A stretch of DNA of 64,000 nucleotides from Phoronis australis (lineage: Eukaryota; Animalia; Phoronida), in the NCBI GenBank assembly GCA_002633005.1, contig NMRA01000754.1, positions 62,001-126,000 on the forward strand, read 5' to 3'. Every line of letters begins with the position of its first letter. Position 1 is the stretch's first letter. Under the pieces are notes generated by a model. That model was not told the origin of the DNA. It saw only the letters and a program-made list of their open reading frames with translations, and did no database searches. The translations under genes were made by a program, and so were the position numbers. Shown one piece after another: positions 24,194-38,100 of the stretch.

Positions 24194-27100
24194 GGGGGCA
24201 CAAACCAATTTTACTTTGCCAACCTACTCTCTTGCTATCGCCACCTCCTCCCCCAGTTGTCTTGATGTCACCATATTTGTACCGAACGGGCGACGTAGGT
24301 GGGGGTGATACCGGGGATGCAGCCATCCCGATTTGACTAACCGTGAACCAACAAAGTTTCACGGAAAGAATGGATCTAGGACCAGCGCACTGACGGGTAG
24401 CTTAGTGGGAGTTGCCTGAAGTAACTATAGCTGGGTTCCAACTGCGGATTCGAACCTATTCCTCTGCTCTGGGTTGAAGGTCAAGGTTTGTTTTCAGAAA
24501 AAAAATCTTCAATTTATTATGGCCATTCTTTGAAGTAATTTTTTGGAAAGGCGAGGTCCCGAGGTGCCTGGTACGAGTGCCTTTGTAGCCGTTTCAGAAT
24601 CCCTAGATGAAATATTGGCGGTAGTCCAATTTCTGGTTGCTGGGGGAAATGATACAGAGTGTGTCTCAACAATGTACACACTTCAACGTCTGGAGTTCAA
24701 ATTCAGTTCCCGACGTGGGTATCTGAGATTCTGTGAAGGCCTACTACAGGTTACACCTTATTTATAACGTAGATGTGCCAGTCATGACGTTCTCCGTGCA
24801 TGCGCGTCCTCATAGAAGGGGGGCTCGGGGATGGGTCCGAACGAGCCCTCCCTCCCATTTGGTAAAATGGGCAAAAACGTCCGCCCCAAAGAAACAAAAA
24901 TCCGAGAAAAACGAGACAGAAATCCACTAACTCAGAAATTCGGCATATGCACAATTCATAGCCCTGAACAAGTCCCGTATTCCGTTTTTTTTTACTAAAA
25001 GTTCTACAACCTCAAAAATTCGAGCTTTTCTATATTTTAGGCTGTGTGCGCGCTTGCCGTGTGTGTAGTATGCACGGGAATTGCAAGCAAGACGATTCAG
25101 TTTTGAAGAACAAAAAATCATTGCGCAATACTACTAGAAACAAAACATCAAGGAAGTGCAAAGAGAACCATTCCAATTTGATGACCAATGACTTAGATTT
25201 TATTTGTTTAAGTACTTAAACTTCATTTTCGATCTGCGGTTTGTAAACTTGAACCCAGTAATCTAGTTCCTAAGCCAATGATAATTTACTGTCATTCGAA
25301 GTGTGAAAACATTTTGGAACACTTTGTAGAGCAGTCCGAAATTCTTCTATTTCCTTGAGATTTATTTCAAATTGACAAAAATCATGTAGTGTACTTTTAT
25401 ATTTGGGGATCTGATGATTGATCGAAATTTCCCAATGTCGGCCTGCAACTACCGGTAAGTTCATTGAAGCATTGTCATTTCTTACAAGATTAGCTTCTAA
25501 TTGTAAAAAATCAGCTCTTAATCAGTCCATTTTCATAGATACATAAGCATGTAAATCAGAAACCGACAATCAAATCCAGGAACAATGCGTTTACCTTGAT
25601 TAAAGAACTTAATTACTTTTTGATCCCCTGTTGGTGACTTTGAAAAACAAGTCTTGTACCGAATTCAAAAAAAGCAATGCATTTTTTGTAATTTGAATTG
25701 TGAGTAAATTTTTGGGAAGTTTCCGAATTTCATCAATGTCCTTGAGAATTATTCTAGATAGGCAAGAAGCGTCCAAGTGCAGTTTACTATTTGAGGATTG
25801 GATTATACTAGATTGTTTTGCATATTCAGATTATGAATTCAACTTAATTCCCTGTAATCATTTCTTAAAAGACTAACTTGTAATTGCCAAAAATCATTTA
25901 TTAACCTGTCAGTTTTCGTAGATACATAAACATGTAAATCAGAAACCAACGAATTTGTTGGTCAAAACGGAAAGTTACAAGCATTTTCCGCAGGCATGCT
26001 TGCAGATTTTTGACGGGTATTCGGGGGTAAATGGGAGATTGGACATTTTTGGCTCATTTACATGGTACATATAATGGTTCACTAGTTGCCTTGAACTTGA
26101 CCTCAGAAAAAGCTGAAATATTTATTTATCATTGCGAGTATTTGAGTACACTCGTTCGACATGTACACGGTCACCCCAATGGTAGCCTCGACAGCAGTGT
26201 TTTCCACAAGTGGGAATTCTTTACCAACAACTCATAGTGACCATTTTCAAAAGGGATACTATTCTTGTGATACTATGAGAAACAGTAACAGTATTCTGTA
26301 ACTAACCATCGAAAATAGACCTTTTGTGTAAGTAACAAATAGCGGTCTTCAAGTTCTTCAAAATTCCACCCTTTCGATGGCGGTCAACTCTCTTGTTTTT
26401 TCACATTTTTGGTTGTTTGGGTAGAATGTCTTGATACTGCTGTGCTGAGCACAAATGTTTTGTACTTTTTGATGAATATGAAATCTCAAGTTCCGTCGTG
26501 AAAACTAGGCAGTGTCGTATCTACATGTATACACGGACAAAGAGACATTTTTCCGAACTGCTCCACCGAGATAGGGTCCCGTCTGAAATTGGACACCTTA
26601 ATTATCAAAAGCTAAACAGAAAAGAATGACAGTTCATTCCACCGTCGTGTGGTCACAAGACGGGGCAGGCAGTGACCTTCCTCAACATGAAAGTCAGTTG
26701 CACGATTTCACAATAAAACAGGAAGCTATACGTTATCGAGTCCAACTTTGGGCCCTCTCTCCGTGAGTCGACCCTTAAGAATTTGTCAATAAAAACATGA
26801 ACAGGTGGCCACTTGAATGTCATCAATGACCTTATTCAAAGGTGGGGCCCCTCAATATTTTTTAAAAAATCAAGAAATGTGCAGCAATTGATGATATCTG
26901 CCATATCATCAATTTTTCTCAAGTGATGTACAATTCGAGAAAAAAGCGACAGTTGTCTCCATTATCCCTTGCCAGAGAGGGGCGTCTGGAAAAATGTGAT
27001 TTTGCAGTCGCACATTGATTTATTGAATTTAAAAAGAAAGCAGATTAATACGTTCCGCAAAAGCTTCGTTTTACATTTTTTTTCGATTTTTCGAAATATA

Positions 27101-27974
27101 TGCATGAATCAATACGTGCTCGTTTTCAAGTGCGTTTAGACAACCTGTGCTGCGAAACCGCAGCGGAGACTGCAATAACAATGTCCTGGCCCGGTTCCCC
27201 AAAAGGTAAACCATGCACTGATACAGAGTTGTTAAACGTTCTCTTGAATTTTGTCTCCTATCTGCACTTAGCAGGCAGTCTTTCTTTTCTCGACTGTCCC
27301 CGTCCCACGAGTATGTCGGTTGCCACGGTTTAACCTTGACGCCTGAAAATTTTTGAGGGGCCCGTGCCCCCCGACCCCCGCCGCTTCCTACGGCCCTGAG
27401 CCTCCTGTAATCAATGAACAGGATATTGGATTTTCGTGCATTTTGCGCTCGTTCAGCTGAGCGGTTACTGGCCGGATGTAGTTCTCACTTTGTATGTGAT
27501 CTCCGGAGTCCTTTTCTATGTGATGATTTTTTCGTGGTGGCCCTTTATGGACCTTTCCTAACTACGTCTCATGAGAGACATTTGCACTGTGGGCCTATGT
27601 TTTCTCCTTATATGGTTTCAATATGACGGTCTGTAATTATTTGACGTCTCATGCTTTCCTCACAGCCATGAGCCGGGTCACGATCTTTTATCGATTGACG
27701 CCTGCCTAGTTAGTGACATGAGGTCAGCCTGCCCCCGCCAAGTAGAGTGTTTATCTACTAAAAAAGGCCATTAGGCTACAAACAAATGTAACGTCGTGTT
27801 CAACAAAAAATTCTTAAAGTAGAAAGTCTGTAAAATTTAGGTTTTGTCTTTATACCTGTCTTCAGTTCACTGGGTCACGTGTCTTAATTTCCAAAAATGG
27901 ATGAGCGTCTAAACGAAGTTTTTGAACTGGAAAGCACGCTTTATATCATTGACCAAATAGTTGAACGCTAACAC

Positions 27975-28865
27975 ACGTGAGTTACGTGCGTACATCGATG
28001 TTTAACGGCGTAAAATAATTCTTAACGGCGTAAATTAAAGTTTTACGACATGTATCAATCATTTTCAGTGCAAGTTAATTATTTGCGGTGCAAACTAACT
28101 TTTGTGGAGAACACTGTAAAACGTTTCCCTATCTGTTTCGGGAATGTCCGGAAGAAAATGTGGTACTAGTTTTGCTGAGCGGTATCACGTTCTTTGTGGT
28201 AAATAATGTAGACGTACACTGCATTACTAACAGCGTTTCACAAGACGTGTAAACAAGTGTTCGACCGAAATAAATGTTCATAAGAACTTTTAACGACGTA
28301 AATTTATTATTTACGCCGCAAAACCAAGTTTGAACGACGTAAATATATTATCTAATGTGTAAATTAGAGTTGATTTGCAGGAATAGTTTACACACGAAAA
28401 TAATCAATATACGCCGTAAATTAATTTTTTTACAATGACCGTCGGTATTACAACCAGTGCATGCGCTCTACTTTGGCTACCGAAAAACAGAACATGGTAA
28501 AACCCCTTGAACTCGAAGCTATCCGTGGCACAATAGGGCAAATCATGCCCGAAACAGAAGGCACTGGACGACCCCTTTTCAGCAAGCATAAGCTGACACT
28601 TGAAGAGTCTAGAATGACATAAGCCCCAAGAAATTTCATGTGGTAATTAAACTAAATGTGGGCCAAATTAAGTGAATCTACCTTTAATTCTTTATGGATT
28701 GTAAATTAAGTATTAACGGCGTAAAATCACTGAGTTAACTTTTAACTGCGAGAACTTATTAGATTCGGTTCAAATTAAATTATAAGGATGTAAAGCAATT
28801 ATTTGCGGCGTAAATTTATTATCTACGAAAAACGGTAGTTTGCGCGCATATCGGACTACGTGTGT
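27975..28865. repeat. Degenerate repeat element with recurring (TTAAC)GGCGTAAA / ACGACGTAAA motifs
   Basis: The motif recurs at about 28002, 28022, 28290, 28333, 28713 and 28806 and occurs inverted near 28310. Confidence 0.45.
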
Positions 28866-29177
28866 ATTAAGAACTTTTTCTTCATAACAGTCTCAGGTAC
28901 GGGCACTAAACCAGATCAACTATTATGATGTTCCGCGTACACAACTAAATTTGGAAGTTTTCCAGGGTCTTCAGTCAATTTTCACGGAACAGATTCTATA
29001 ACGAGTTTCAATGGTGCTCCACATGCATCTTTTTAGAAGTGAACTTACAGCAAGCAAGGAGTGTAGTAAGAATATTAGTATGCTACACTCCTTGCAACCC
29101 TCGTTCGCAACAGCGCAGAGCTAAATTCTGCTAGGAGTTGTCGCCCCTGAATGCCAACAGATGTCACTGTAGTCAAA

Positions 29178-32100
29178 ATGGCGAACTCGAACGTGGTCTG
29201 TAAGGTTCATCCAGTTGTTTTATTTTGCATTGTTGATTCCTACGAGAGAAGGAATGAAGATGCTCACAGAGTAATCGGAACATTGTTAGGTAATGTAGTG
29301 TTGGGAAACTTATTCTCTACAATTCATGATGGTGTTGGTTCTTGAATGAACAGTTCCGCCTGGACCTCGTCCTCGGCACAGGTGTCCTCTCAGGCTCAGC
29401 TCGTCCTCAATGCACTACATATAATACTACTAGGTATGACACTCCCGATTAGAAACTTCATGGGTGCTTCACTTCAGCCCTCCATAGCTAATATAAAACT
29501 CAATAAATTTACACAAAACAAGGTTTCAACAAACCATTGGCAATTCTTCTTTCTTCCAATACCATTCACAGTGTCCTGTTCCGGCGATTTCGTAAGAAAT
29601 TCGCAGTCAAAGAACAAAAATGTTCACAAAAAGCCCAAACACACTTCCATCATGGACGGCTCGAGGTCAAGGACGGTACGGAAATTACCGATGAATTACG
29701 GATGGATGGCGTTATCGACATCGTGACTTTTAAGTGTGGAATGTATTTTTGACGAGGTGAAAACACAAAATCGGTGACTGGATTTGGGTTAAAACGAAAT
29801 GTGTACAGAAAGCAAATGGAAGTATTGTAGCCCCTAAATGGCCAACAGAGGGGCTACACGTTGCCTAACGATTCATCAGCACGTTTACAACAACATTCCC
29901 TTCTTTCCTACAAAACGGGCATGCCTCCTGCGTGAGGGGCTGCAGATCTCGGCAGACCCTAGTGTCCTGGAATTTGCCTTCAGCAACACTTCCCCATGTC
30001 CTGGAATTTGCCCTTCAGCAATGCTCTCCGTGGTGTGGATCCACCAACAATTACGCCCTATCCGCAAGCCCCTGAGTTGGCAGTGCTTCCTGTCACCCGT
30101 TTGCCAACTATATCAATTGTAGTAATAGCCGAGATTGCCAACCAGGGAATCAAACCAACAATCCCAATAAAACTGGCAAGCTTGCTAACCATTCAGCTAA
30201 TAGGCAATATGACCAAACAGAGGCTCATATGATGCATCAGAAACACGTCTAAAACGCTACTACTGGCTTTGCTTATGTTTTTTTGAAAACATCAGTTTTC
30301 AGAGAAATTTTGAATGCGCTACCTTCGAAATTATTTCAAACATGCTGGATTATTATGTAAGATAATCATCCTCTGACCTCAGCTCTGTTATGTTCACATT
30401 TCCTTTGCAAGAATTCGTAATCTCAAATTAAAGAACTCCTTCGTCTGTTTCCACTTATGCCAGACGGAACAGTCAAAAGTTGGTTGAACTATGTAGTTAT
30501 AGAAGTTTTTACTAATGTAGAGCAATCTGGACTTCTGGAAGGTTCTGTCTCGTTTCAATTTAGAAAAATGAGACGTCTGTCCATAGTTCATAACATTATT
30601 TATAATGGCAGACTTCATGTAACCGTTACTGGATATTGGTGTAGACCAATTAATTCATAGTGAATTGTGTGTTCCCAGGTTGAATATTTCAGTTGTTAAA
30701 AATAATTTTCGCTTTTAATGTATGCGTGGTACGACTGTGTCAGAGTACCAGTCTGTGTCAATATACCAGTCTGGCTATAGTTCATGGTCTAAATCCTTCC
30801 TGTATAAGCACATGTACCAGTCTGTGCCAATATACCAGTCTGGCTATAGTTCATGATCTAAATCCTTCCTGTATAAGCACATGTACCAGTCTGTGTCAAT
30901 ATACCTGTATGGCTATAGTTCCTGATCTAAATCCTTCCTGTATAAGCACATGTACCAGTCTGTGTCAATATACCAGTCTGGCTATAGTTCATGATCTAAA
31001 TCCTTCCTGTATAAGCACATGTACCAGTCTGTGTCAATATACCAGTCTGGCTATAGTTCATGGTCTAAATCCTTCCTGTATAAGCACATGTACCAGTCTG
31101 TGTCAATATACCAGTCTGGCTATAGTTCATGGTCTAAATCCTTCCTGTATAAGCACATGTACCAGTCTGTGTCAATATACCAGTCTGGCTATAGTTCATG
31201 ATCTATCCTGTATAAGCACATGTACCAGTCTGTGTTAATATACCAGTCTGGCTATAGTTCATGATCTAAATCCTTCCTGTATAAGCACATGACCAAATGC
31301 CTACAGCCAAGGATTTTAGTTACACCAATGCATATTTGGTGACAACTGTCACTTCTATAAGCACTGCATCGCCACTCGAGTGCTATATTGATACATAGTT
31401 AAAACCGAGCTTAGGAGCTAGAAACCTGACTCAAGGGTCTAGCAGCAGTGTGGTCCAGGGAGACTCAAACCCACGACCTCGACTCCTTGAGTAAAGAAGG
31501 TGGGCACCCATCAAACTACTCCACACTGCCTTCGCCTTACTACAGTTCAACAGTTGTGAACTTTTGGCAAACCTTGTAATCTGACTGCATTTTTGTCACT
31601 GATTTTCGAACTTGTTTAATCACTCACCTGAAGCCAGTCCCATTAAATACAATGGCTCGAGATGTGCAGCCAAAGCAGACATAACATATGTTTTTCATTA
31701 CAGGTTCACAGGACAAAAATTCTGTAGAAATCACAAACTGCTTTACAGTTCCACATAACGAGTCAGAAGATGAGGTAAGCATAATTGACTAGCTGCAGCC
31801 CATAGTAGAACCAATGATGTATGCAATGATATTCAGTGGACTAGCTGCAGCCTATTGTTGACCAATGATAGATTGGCACTGATATTCAGTGGTGATGCAA
31901 TGATCTTTTAGTAGATTCTCAACTTTTCAAACAAAAGAACTAACCAGATATTAGGAAATAACCATGCAACATTGTCAATTTTGCAAGACATTGATAAATT
32001 CGTGGTAAAAATAGAAAATGCCATCAGCTCATGTACATTGTGTCTTTAAAATGCCCAGTTATAGGTACTGTTGCAAATTATCCAGACAGTGTAAAGCCTG

Positions 32101-35100
32101 ATCCACATTATGTAAGAGTCTCAGTCACAGTGTAGTTGGTTCTTGCAGCCATTTTATAATCCACCAGGATGAATTGTCTGATAGTATAGTGACTTGTTGC
32201 AACGCAATGTGTGCATGAATATGCAGCAGCTGGGTACAACTTGGTGCAATTTGATGCTTCTTACAATAATGTTTGTGCAACAACCTGTTGTATTCTTCAA
32301 TGGGATACTAGTGACCTTTTGGGGGATGAAGAGGCACTTCATAATTTTTGTTTAAAACATCCATCTACTCTAATCACATACATCGTGAAAGTCAAAGTGT
32401 TCCCCTGTGCTATCTGCTGAAACATCAAAGTACATGCTGCTACAGCCAGGTGGCGATTTGAGTCACCAGTCTTTTTTACAAAGTCAAACTGTTCCCCTGT
32501 GCCATCCGCTAAATAGCTAAGTATCTGCTACGTGACTGCCAGGTGGCGAGTTGAGTCACCGGTCCCATGTGGTCAGCCCCCCCCCATTACTTCCTGAAAG
32601 TTTCCCATTCTGACAACTGGTTCTGTAATAAATTGTGTGTGTTCAAGAAGCAACTCTGTTATTCTAAACAGACCAACAGTAACAATATACATCTTTATGG
32701 TGTCATGCAATGGTCTGTCATTAACAGTTAGGTGTCAGGATGGTTTTTTCTTTGTAGGTGGCTGTTGACATTGAATTTGCTCGTAACATGTACGAACTTC
32801 ATCGGAGAGTGAATCCAGCTGAGAGTATTGTTGGTTGGTGAGTGTAAGCCAAACATTTTGATAATTATTTAAGTAGTCCATTGTTCAACTGACCATGTTG
32901 TCCAAAACGGCTACTGCACGGAAATAATTTTGATTTATGAATGGTTCGTGGTTTTCACCTCCTCTATTGATAAATACCTCAAGTGATTTTTCAAAAGGAT
33001 TTTACAACAATTATGATGATGTAATGTAATGCAAAAACTGAACGATTCTTCATAAACAAGACATGCAGGGGATTTTACGAATTCCAATTATAGTTTGAAC
33101 TTGATCACACAAAATGGATACCATCAATGTCCTAGTAATTTTATGTCAAGGTCCACCTTGACCTTATCACAATTTTTTAACACCTACGCACAGTTAATGA
33201 CGCACCCATAGATTTCTTGGTTTTCATTTCATATGTGGTGAGCATTTTTACGTGTATGAGTACGGTGAACTTTCACTACTCAACAGGTCAGGCAGGTGGA
33301 TGTGTGTGAGATAAAGTGACTTTTCATTTGAAACACACCTGACAGAACATTGGCATTTTATTTTATCAAAATTTCAAACATAAAGTGAATAGGAAGAAAA
33401 CTTTACTTCATTATTTGCTCAGTTTATATTTTGCAGTTGTTATCAACAATCACGCAATGAAATTTGAACATTTTTAGCAAAACGGAGAGCTTTCGATTGA
33501 ATGTAAGATTGACAGTCTTGGCAGTTGGTTTATGTGGAATTGAGGAGTGTTAACCACGCTAATGTTCTCCCTATTCCATATTGCAGGTACTCCACTGGTC
33601 CTGATGTCACTGAACACTCAGTTCTTATACACGAGTACTACACACGTGAAGCCAAGAGTCCTATCCATCTGACAGTTGACACCAGCCTCCGTGGATCACA
33701 CATGGGAATCAAGGCATACATGAGGTACACCCGTTTGATCGGGATGGAGATACTTTACTGTTGCTTAAGGAATCGTGTTAACACTTTCGTGACGGAATTA
33801 TTTAGTAATGAATGACACTACCTTGTGAGTGTCAAATTTTGAAGACATTAAGAGAATTTGGTGCAATAGCAAAAAGTCTCAAAGTTGTTTAGGTGGTATA
33901 CATGTATTGCCATGAAATATTCAGTCAGAAGTGTTTCGTACAGTGTCAGACTTCTGAACTATGATTCCGCATCTGAAGCTTTTGCTACTTTCCTCGGGTA
34001 ACTGGTCGTCAACTGCTTGACAAGTAACTACAATTGCTCCAAGTTTACTGAAATGAGATGCTTTCATGAAGTGGTTGGCTGTTGACTGCTCTTTGTGTCT
34101 CGTTTGAGAGATTAAAACCAGACGAGCTTTAGACAATTACCTCAAGTTGACTAAAACCTTATCACACAATAGTTTCCAAGAATTGCTTACATTTTCTTTA
34201 ACAGCTGATGTAACTATCGCCGAATGGTTTATTAATGTCATTAAGTATCATCAAGTGTGCATCAAAAATAGATTTAATCAAAGTTGTTGTTTCTTTACGA
34301 CAGTGGCTGTCACTTTGTAAATCACTGAATTGTTTGCCCTATTTATTCCACTGAAGTTTGAATTCCCATTACTTTGTGAAAAAACACTGGAAGTCTAAGT
34401 TGTCTCACTCAAATAATCCTTATGAAATAACACTTTACTATACATTAGACAAGTGTTGTTTTCCTGGCAGAGCATTGGGTTGCATTATGCCAGGCTGCAG
34501 TTTCCATCATCTCCAATAGATGTCTCTGCTGTCTATTTCAGTGCAGCTATGGGTGTTCCTAGCAGGACTGTTGGCACTATGTTTACGCCTGTCCCTGTGG
34601 AGATAACAAGTTATGAACCTGAGCAAGTGGGAGGTCAGTACTAGCTCTGATGCATCCTCTGAAGTGTACCACCCATGTCACTCTGATGCATCTCTGAGAA
34701 ATGTACCACCCATGTCACTCTGATGCATCTCTGAGAAGTGTACCACCCATGTCACTCTGATGCATCTCTGAGAAATGTACCACCCATGTCACTCTGATGC
34801 ATCTCTGAGAAGTGTACCACCCATGTCACTCTGATGCANACCATGCCTTTCCATTTTGCAAAGTATGCCCTCTACTGGCGACTTTATGGTACCAATAAAC
34901 AACCCTAGAAGGATACCGTATGCGGTGCAATTGTGGGCGCACTTCAACGCTCCGCGTTACTCTTGTTATGTGTATGAGTACGGTGAACTTTCACTACTCA
35001 ACAGGTCAGGCAGGTGGATGTGTGTGAGATAAAGTGACTTTTCATTTGAAACACACCTGACAGAACATTGGCATTTTATTTTATCAAAATTTCAAACTTA

Positions 35101-38100
35101 AAGTGAATAGGAAGAAAACTTTACTTAATTATTTGCACAGTTTATATTTTGCAGTTGTTATCAACAATCACGCAATGAAATTTGAACATTTTTAGCAAAA
35201 CAGAGAGCTTTCGATTGAATGTAAGATTGACAGTCTTGGCAGTTGGTTTTGTGGAATTGAGAAAAGTTAACCACAGTAATGTTCTCCCTATTCCATATTG
35301 CAGGTACTCCACTGGTCCTGACGTCACTGAACACTCAGTTCTTATACACGAGTACTACACACGTGAAGCCAAGAGTCCTATCCATCTGACAGTTGACACC
35401 AGCCTCCGTGGATCACACATGGGAATCAAGGCATACATGAGGTACACTGGTTTGATCGGGATGGAGATAGTTTACTGTTGCATAAGGAATCGTGTTAACA
35501 CTTCCGTGACGGAATTATTTAGTAATGAATCGCACTACCTTGTGAGTGTCAAATTTTTGAAGACATTAAGAGTATTTGGTGCAGTAGCAAAAAGTCTCAA
35601 AGTTGTTTAGGTGGTATACATGTATTGCCATGAAATATTCAGTCAGAAGTGTTTCGTACAGTGTCAGACTTCTGAACTATGATTCCGCATCTGAAGCTTT
35701 CGCTACTTTCCTCGGGGAAACTGGTCATCATAGCTGCGATCCCAATTGCTTGACAAGTAACTACAATTGCTTCACGTTTACTGAAATGAGATGCTTGCAT
35801 GAAGTGGTTGGCTGCTCACTGCTCTTTGTGTCTCGTTTGAGAGATTAAAACCAGACGAGCTTTAGACAATTACCTCAAGTTGACTAAAACCTTATCACAC
35901 AGTAGTTTCCAAGAATTGCTTACATTTTCTTTAACAGCTGATGTAACTATCGCCGAATGGTTTAATACTGTCACTAAGTATCATCAAGTGTGCGTCAAAA
36001 ATAGATTTTATCAAAGTTGTTGTTTCTTTACGACAGTGGCTGTCACTTTGTAAATCACTGAATTGTTTGCCCTATTTATTCCACTTTAGTTTGAATTCCC
36101 ACTACTTTGTGAAAAAACACTGGACGTCTAAGTTGTCTCACTCAAATAATCCTTAGGAAATAAAACTTTACTATACATTAGACAAGTATTGTTTTCCTGG
36201 CTGAGCGTTGGGTTGCATAATGCCAGGCTGCAGTTTCCATCATCTCCAATAGATGTCTCTGCTGTCTATTTCAGTGCAGCTATGGGTGTTCCTAGCAGGA
36301 CTGTTGGCACTATGTTTACGCCTGTCCCTGTGGAGATAACAAGTTATGAACCTGAGCAAGTGGGAGGTCAGTACTAGCTCTGATGCATCTCTGAGAAGTG
36401 TACCACCCATGTCACTCTGATGCATCTCTGAGAAGTGTACCACCCATGTCACTCTGATGCATCTCTGAGAAGTGTACCACCCATGTCACTCTGATGCATC
36501 TCTGAGAAGTGTACCACCCATGTCACTCTGATGCATCTCTGAGAAGTGTACCACCCATGTCACTCTGATGCATCTCTGAGAAGTGTACCACCCATGTCAC
36601 TCTGATGCATCTCTGAGAAGTGTACCACCCATGTCACTCTGATGCATCTCTGAGAAGTGTACCACCCATGTCACTCTGATGCATCTCTGAGAAGTGTACC
36701 ACCCATGTCACTCTGATGCATCTCTGAGAAGTGTACCACCCATGTCACTCTGATGCATCTCTGAGAAGTGTACCACCCATGTCACTCTGATGCATCTCTG
36801 AGAAGTGTACCACCCATGTCACTCTGATGCATCTCTGAGAAGTGTACCACCCATGTCACTCTGATGCATCTCTGAGAAGTGTACCGCCCATGTCACTTGA
36901 CATCACCTTTAGTGAATCCAACCGTGTTCATGTGTTGCAATGGTGCTAAATAAACACATAACGCTGTTACACTTACACATATCCATGACTCATTAAATTT
37001 AACTTTGGCTTTAATTAATGTTCTCTTGGCCCTAATTGATTAATTATGTATGCGATGATCTTGGAGCAGTTTGCTCAACAATCAGTTTGTAATGGTCATC
37101 ATTAACTTTAATCAATATTTTCTGCCCGTTTTAAGCTTTTTACTTGTCACGAATTGTAAACATAATTCAAATATCAATATAAATTTGCAGCTTTCCCTAT
37201 TAGAATATTCATTATGACAAATAAAAGTCATCAATAATGTTTAAGGAAACTATGACTGACTCACATTTTTGGCCAGCAGCAAGTCAAGTCATTGTTTTAG
37301 CCAAAGTCATGAACAGATAGCAACAGTAATTAAAATAACAGTCACCACCTATTTCGCTACACCAAAATAAGTGATTTTTATTGTAAAATGTCTTAACAAA
37401 GTTTAGACTGATTCTTAAAATCAAGTTCTGGAATCACCTTGCTTTTGAGTATTCAGACAACAAAGTTAAAATCTCACATGTGTTCTACTGCATTGTTACG
37501 CATTTGATGCAATATTTTGACCGTATTTCTAACTGATACCTCCAAACATGTGGGTGTGGAAACATATGCCAAGGAAAGTTAACATTTGAGTTTGCTTAGC
37601 TGAGTTATTTGCCCAATTCAGTCGTGCTATAACCTAACTGCAAAATCATATTTCAAGTCAATACTTTGCACACTATGTTGTGTGATGCCTTTCTCCGGTG
37701 TACAATGAGGCTTGTCAATGTTCTGTTTTGAAACTGGAGTTGTCTCCCCTGAGCATTTTGACAAACTCGTACTCTAGAAGAGCAGTCGCAATTTTTGGAT
37801 GTTGTCTTGCGTGCATCCTTCTGATTGTTTAGCTGGCATGCCAGTTTTACACCATGTCTCAAAATGAACTGAATACCAGATACAAAGAGAATTTAAGTTG
37901 TTGGATATTCTTCCAGTCATATTGCTGACATTGCCATTGTTGTTTTTATTAAAGACATGATTGACCTTTGACCTTGTAGTGGACGTCATACAACAAGTGA
38001 AGTACAATCCTAAGAGAACCGTAGGGGTCAAGTCGGACTTGGAGCAGGTCAGTTCAGCGTGTGGTGACCTGCTGGAGATGTTGACCACTGTCCAGAGTTA

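Noticed and set aside
29346-30240. Several ORFs and an IVGG peptide in eIF3F intron 1
   Set aside because: No protease catalytic motifs or coherent exon structure; only a short local direct repeat.
30693-31238. 181-aa Cys-rich repeat ORF ([23 protein letters not shown])n
   Set aside because: Translation of a 69-bp intronic minisatellite whose unit is a multiple of 3; begins at TTG and lies in eIF3F intron 1.
33010-33045. ATGATGA...CTGA as a possible C/D snoRNA in eIF3F intron 3
   Set aside because: Boxes are only about 20 nt apart with no terminal stem or recognisable guide.
36378-36895. 37-bp repeats of CRISPR-like length
   Set aside because: Head-to-tail units with no spacers, eukaryotic intron, no cas genes.
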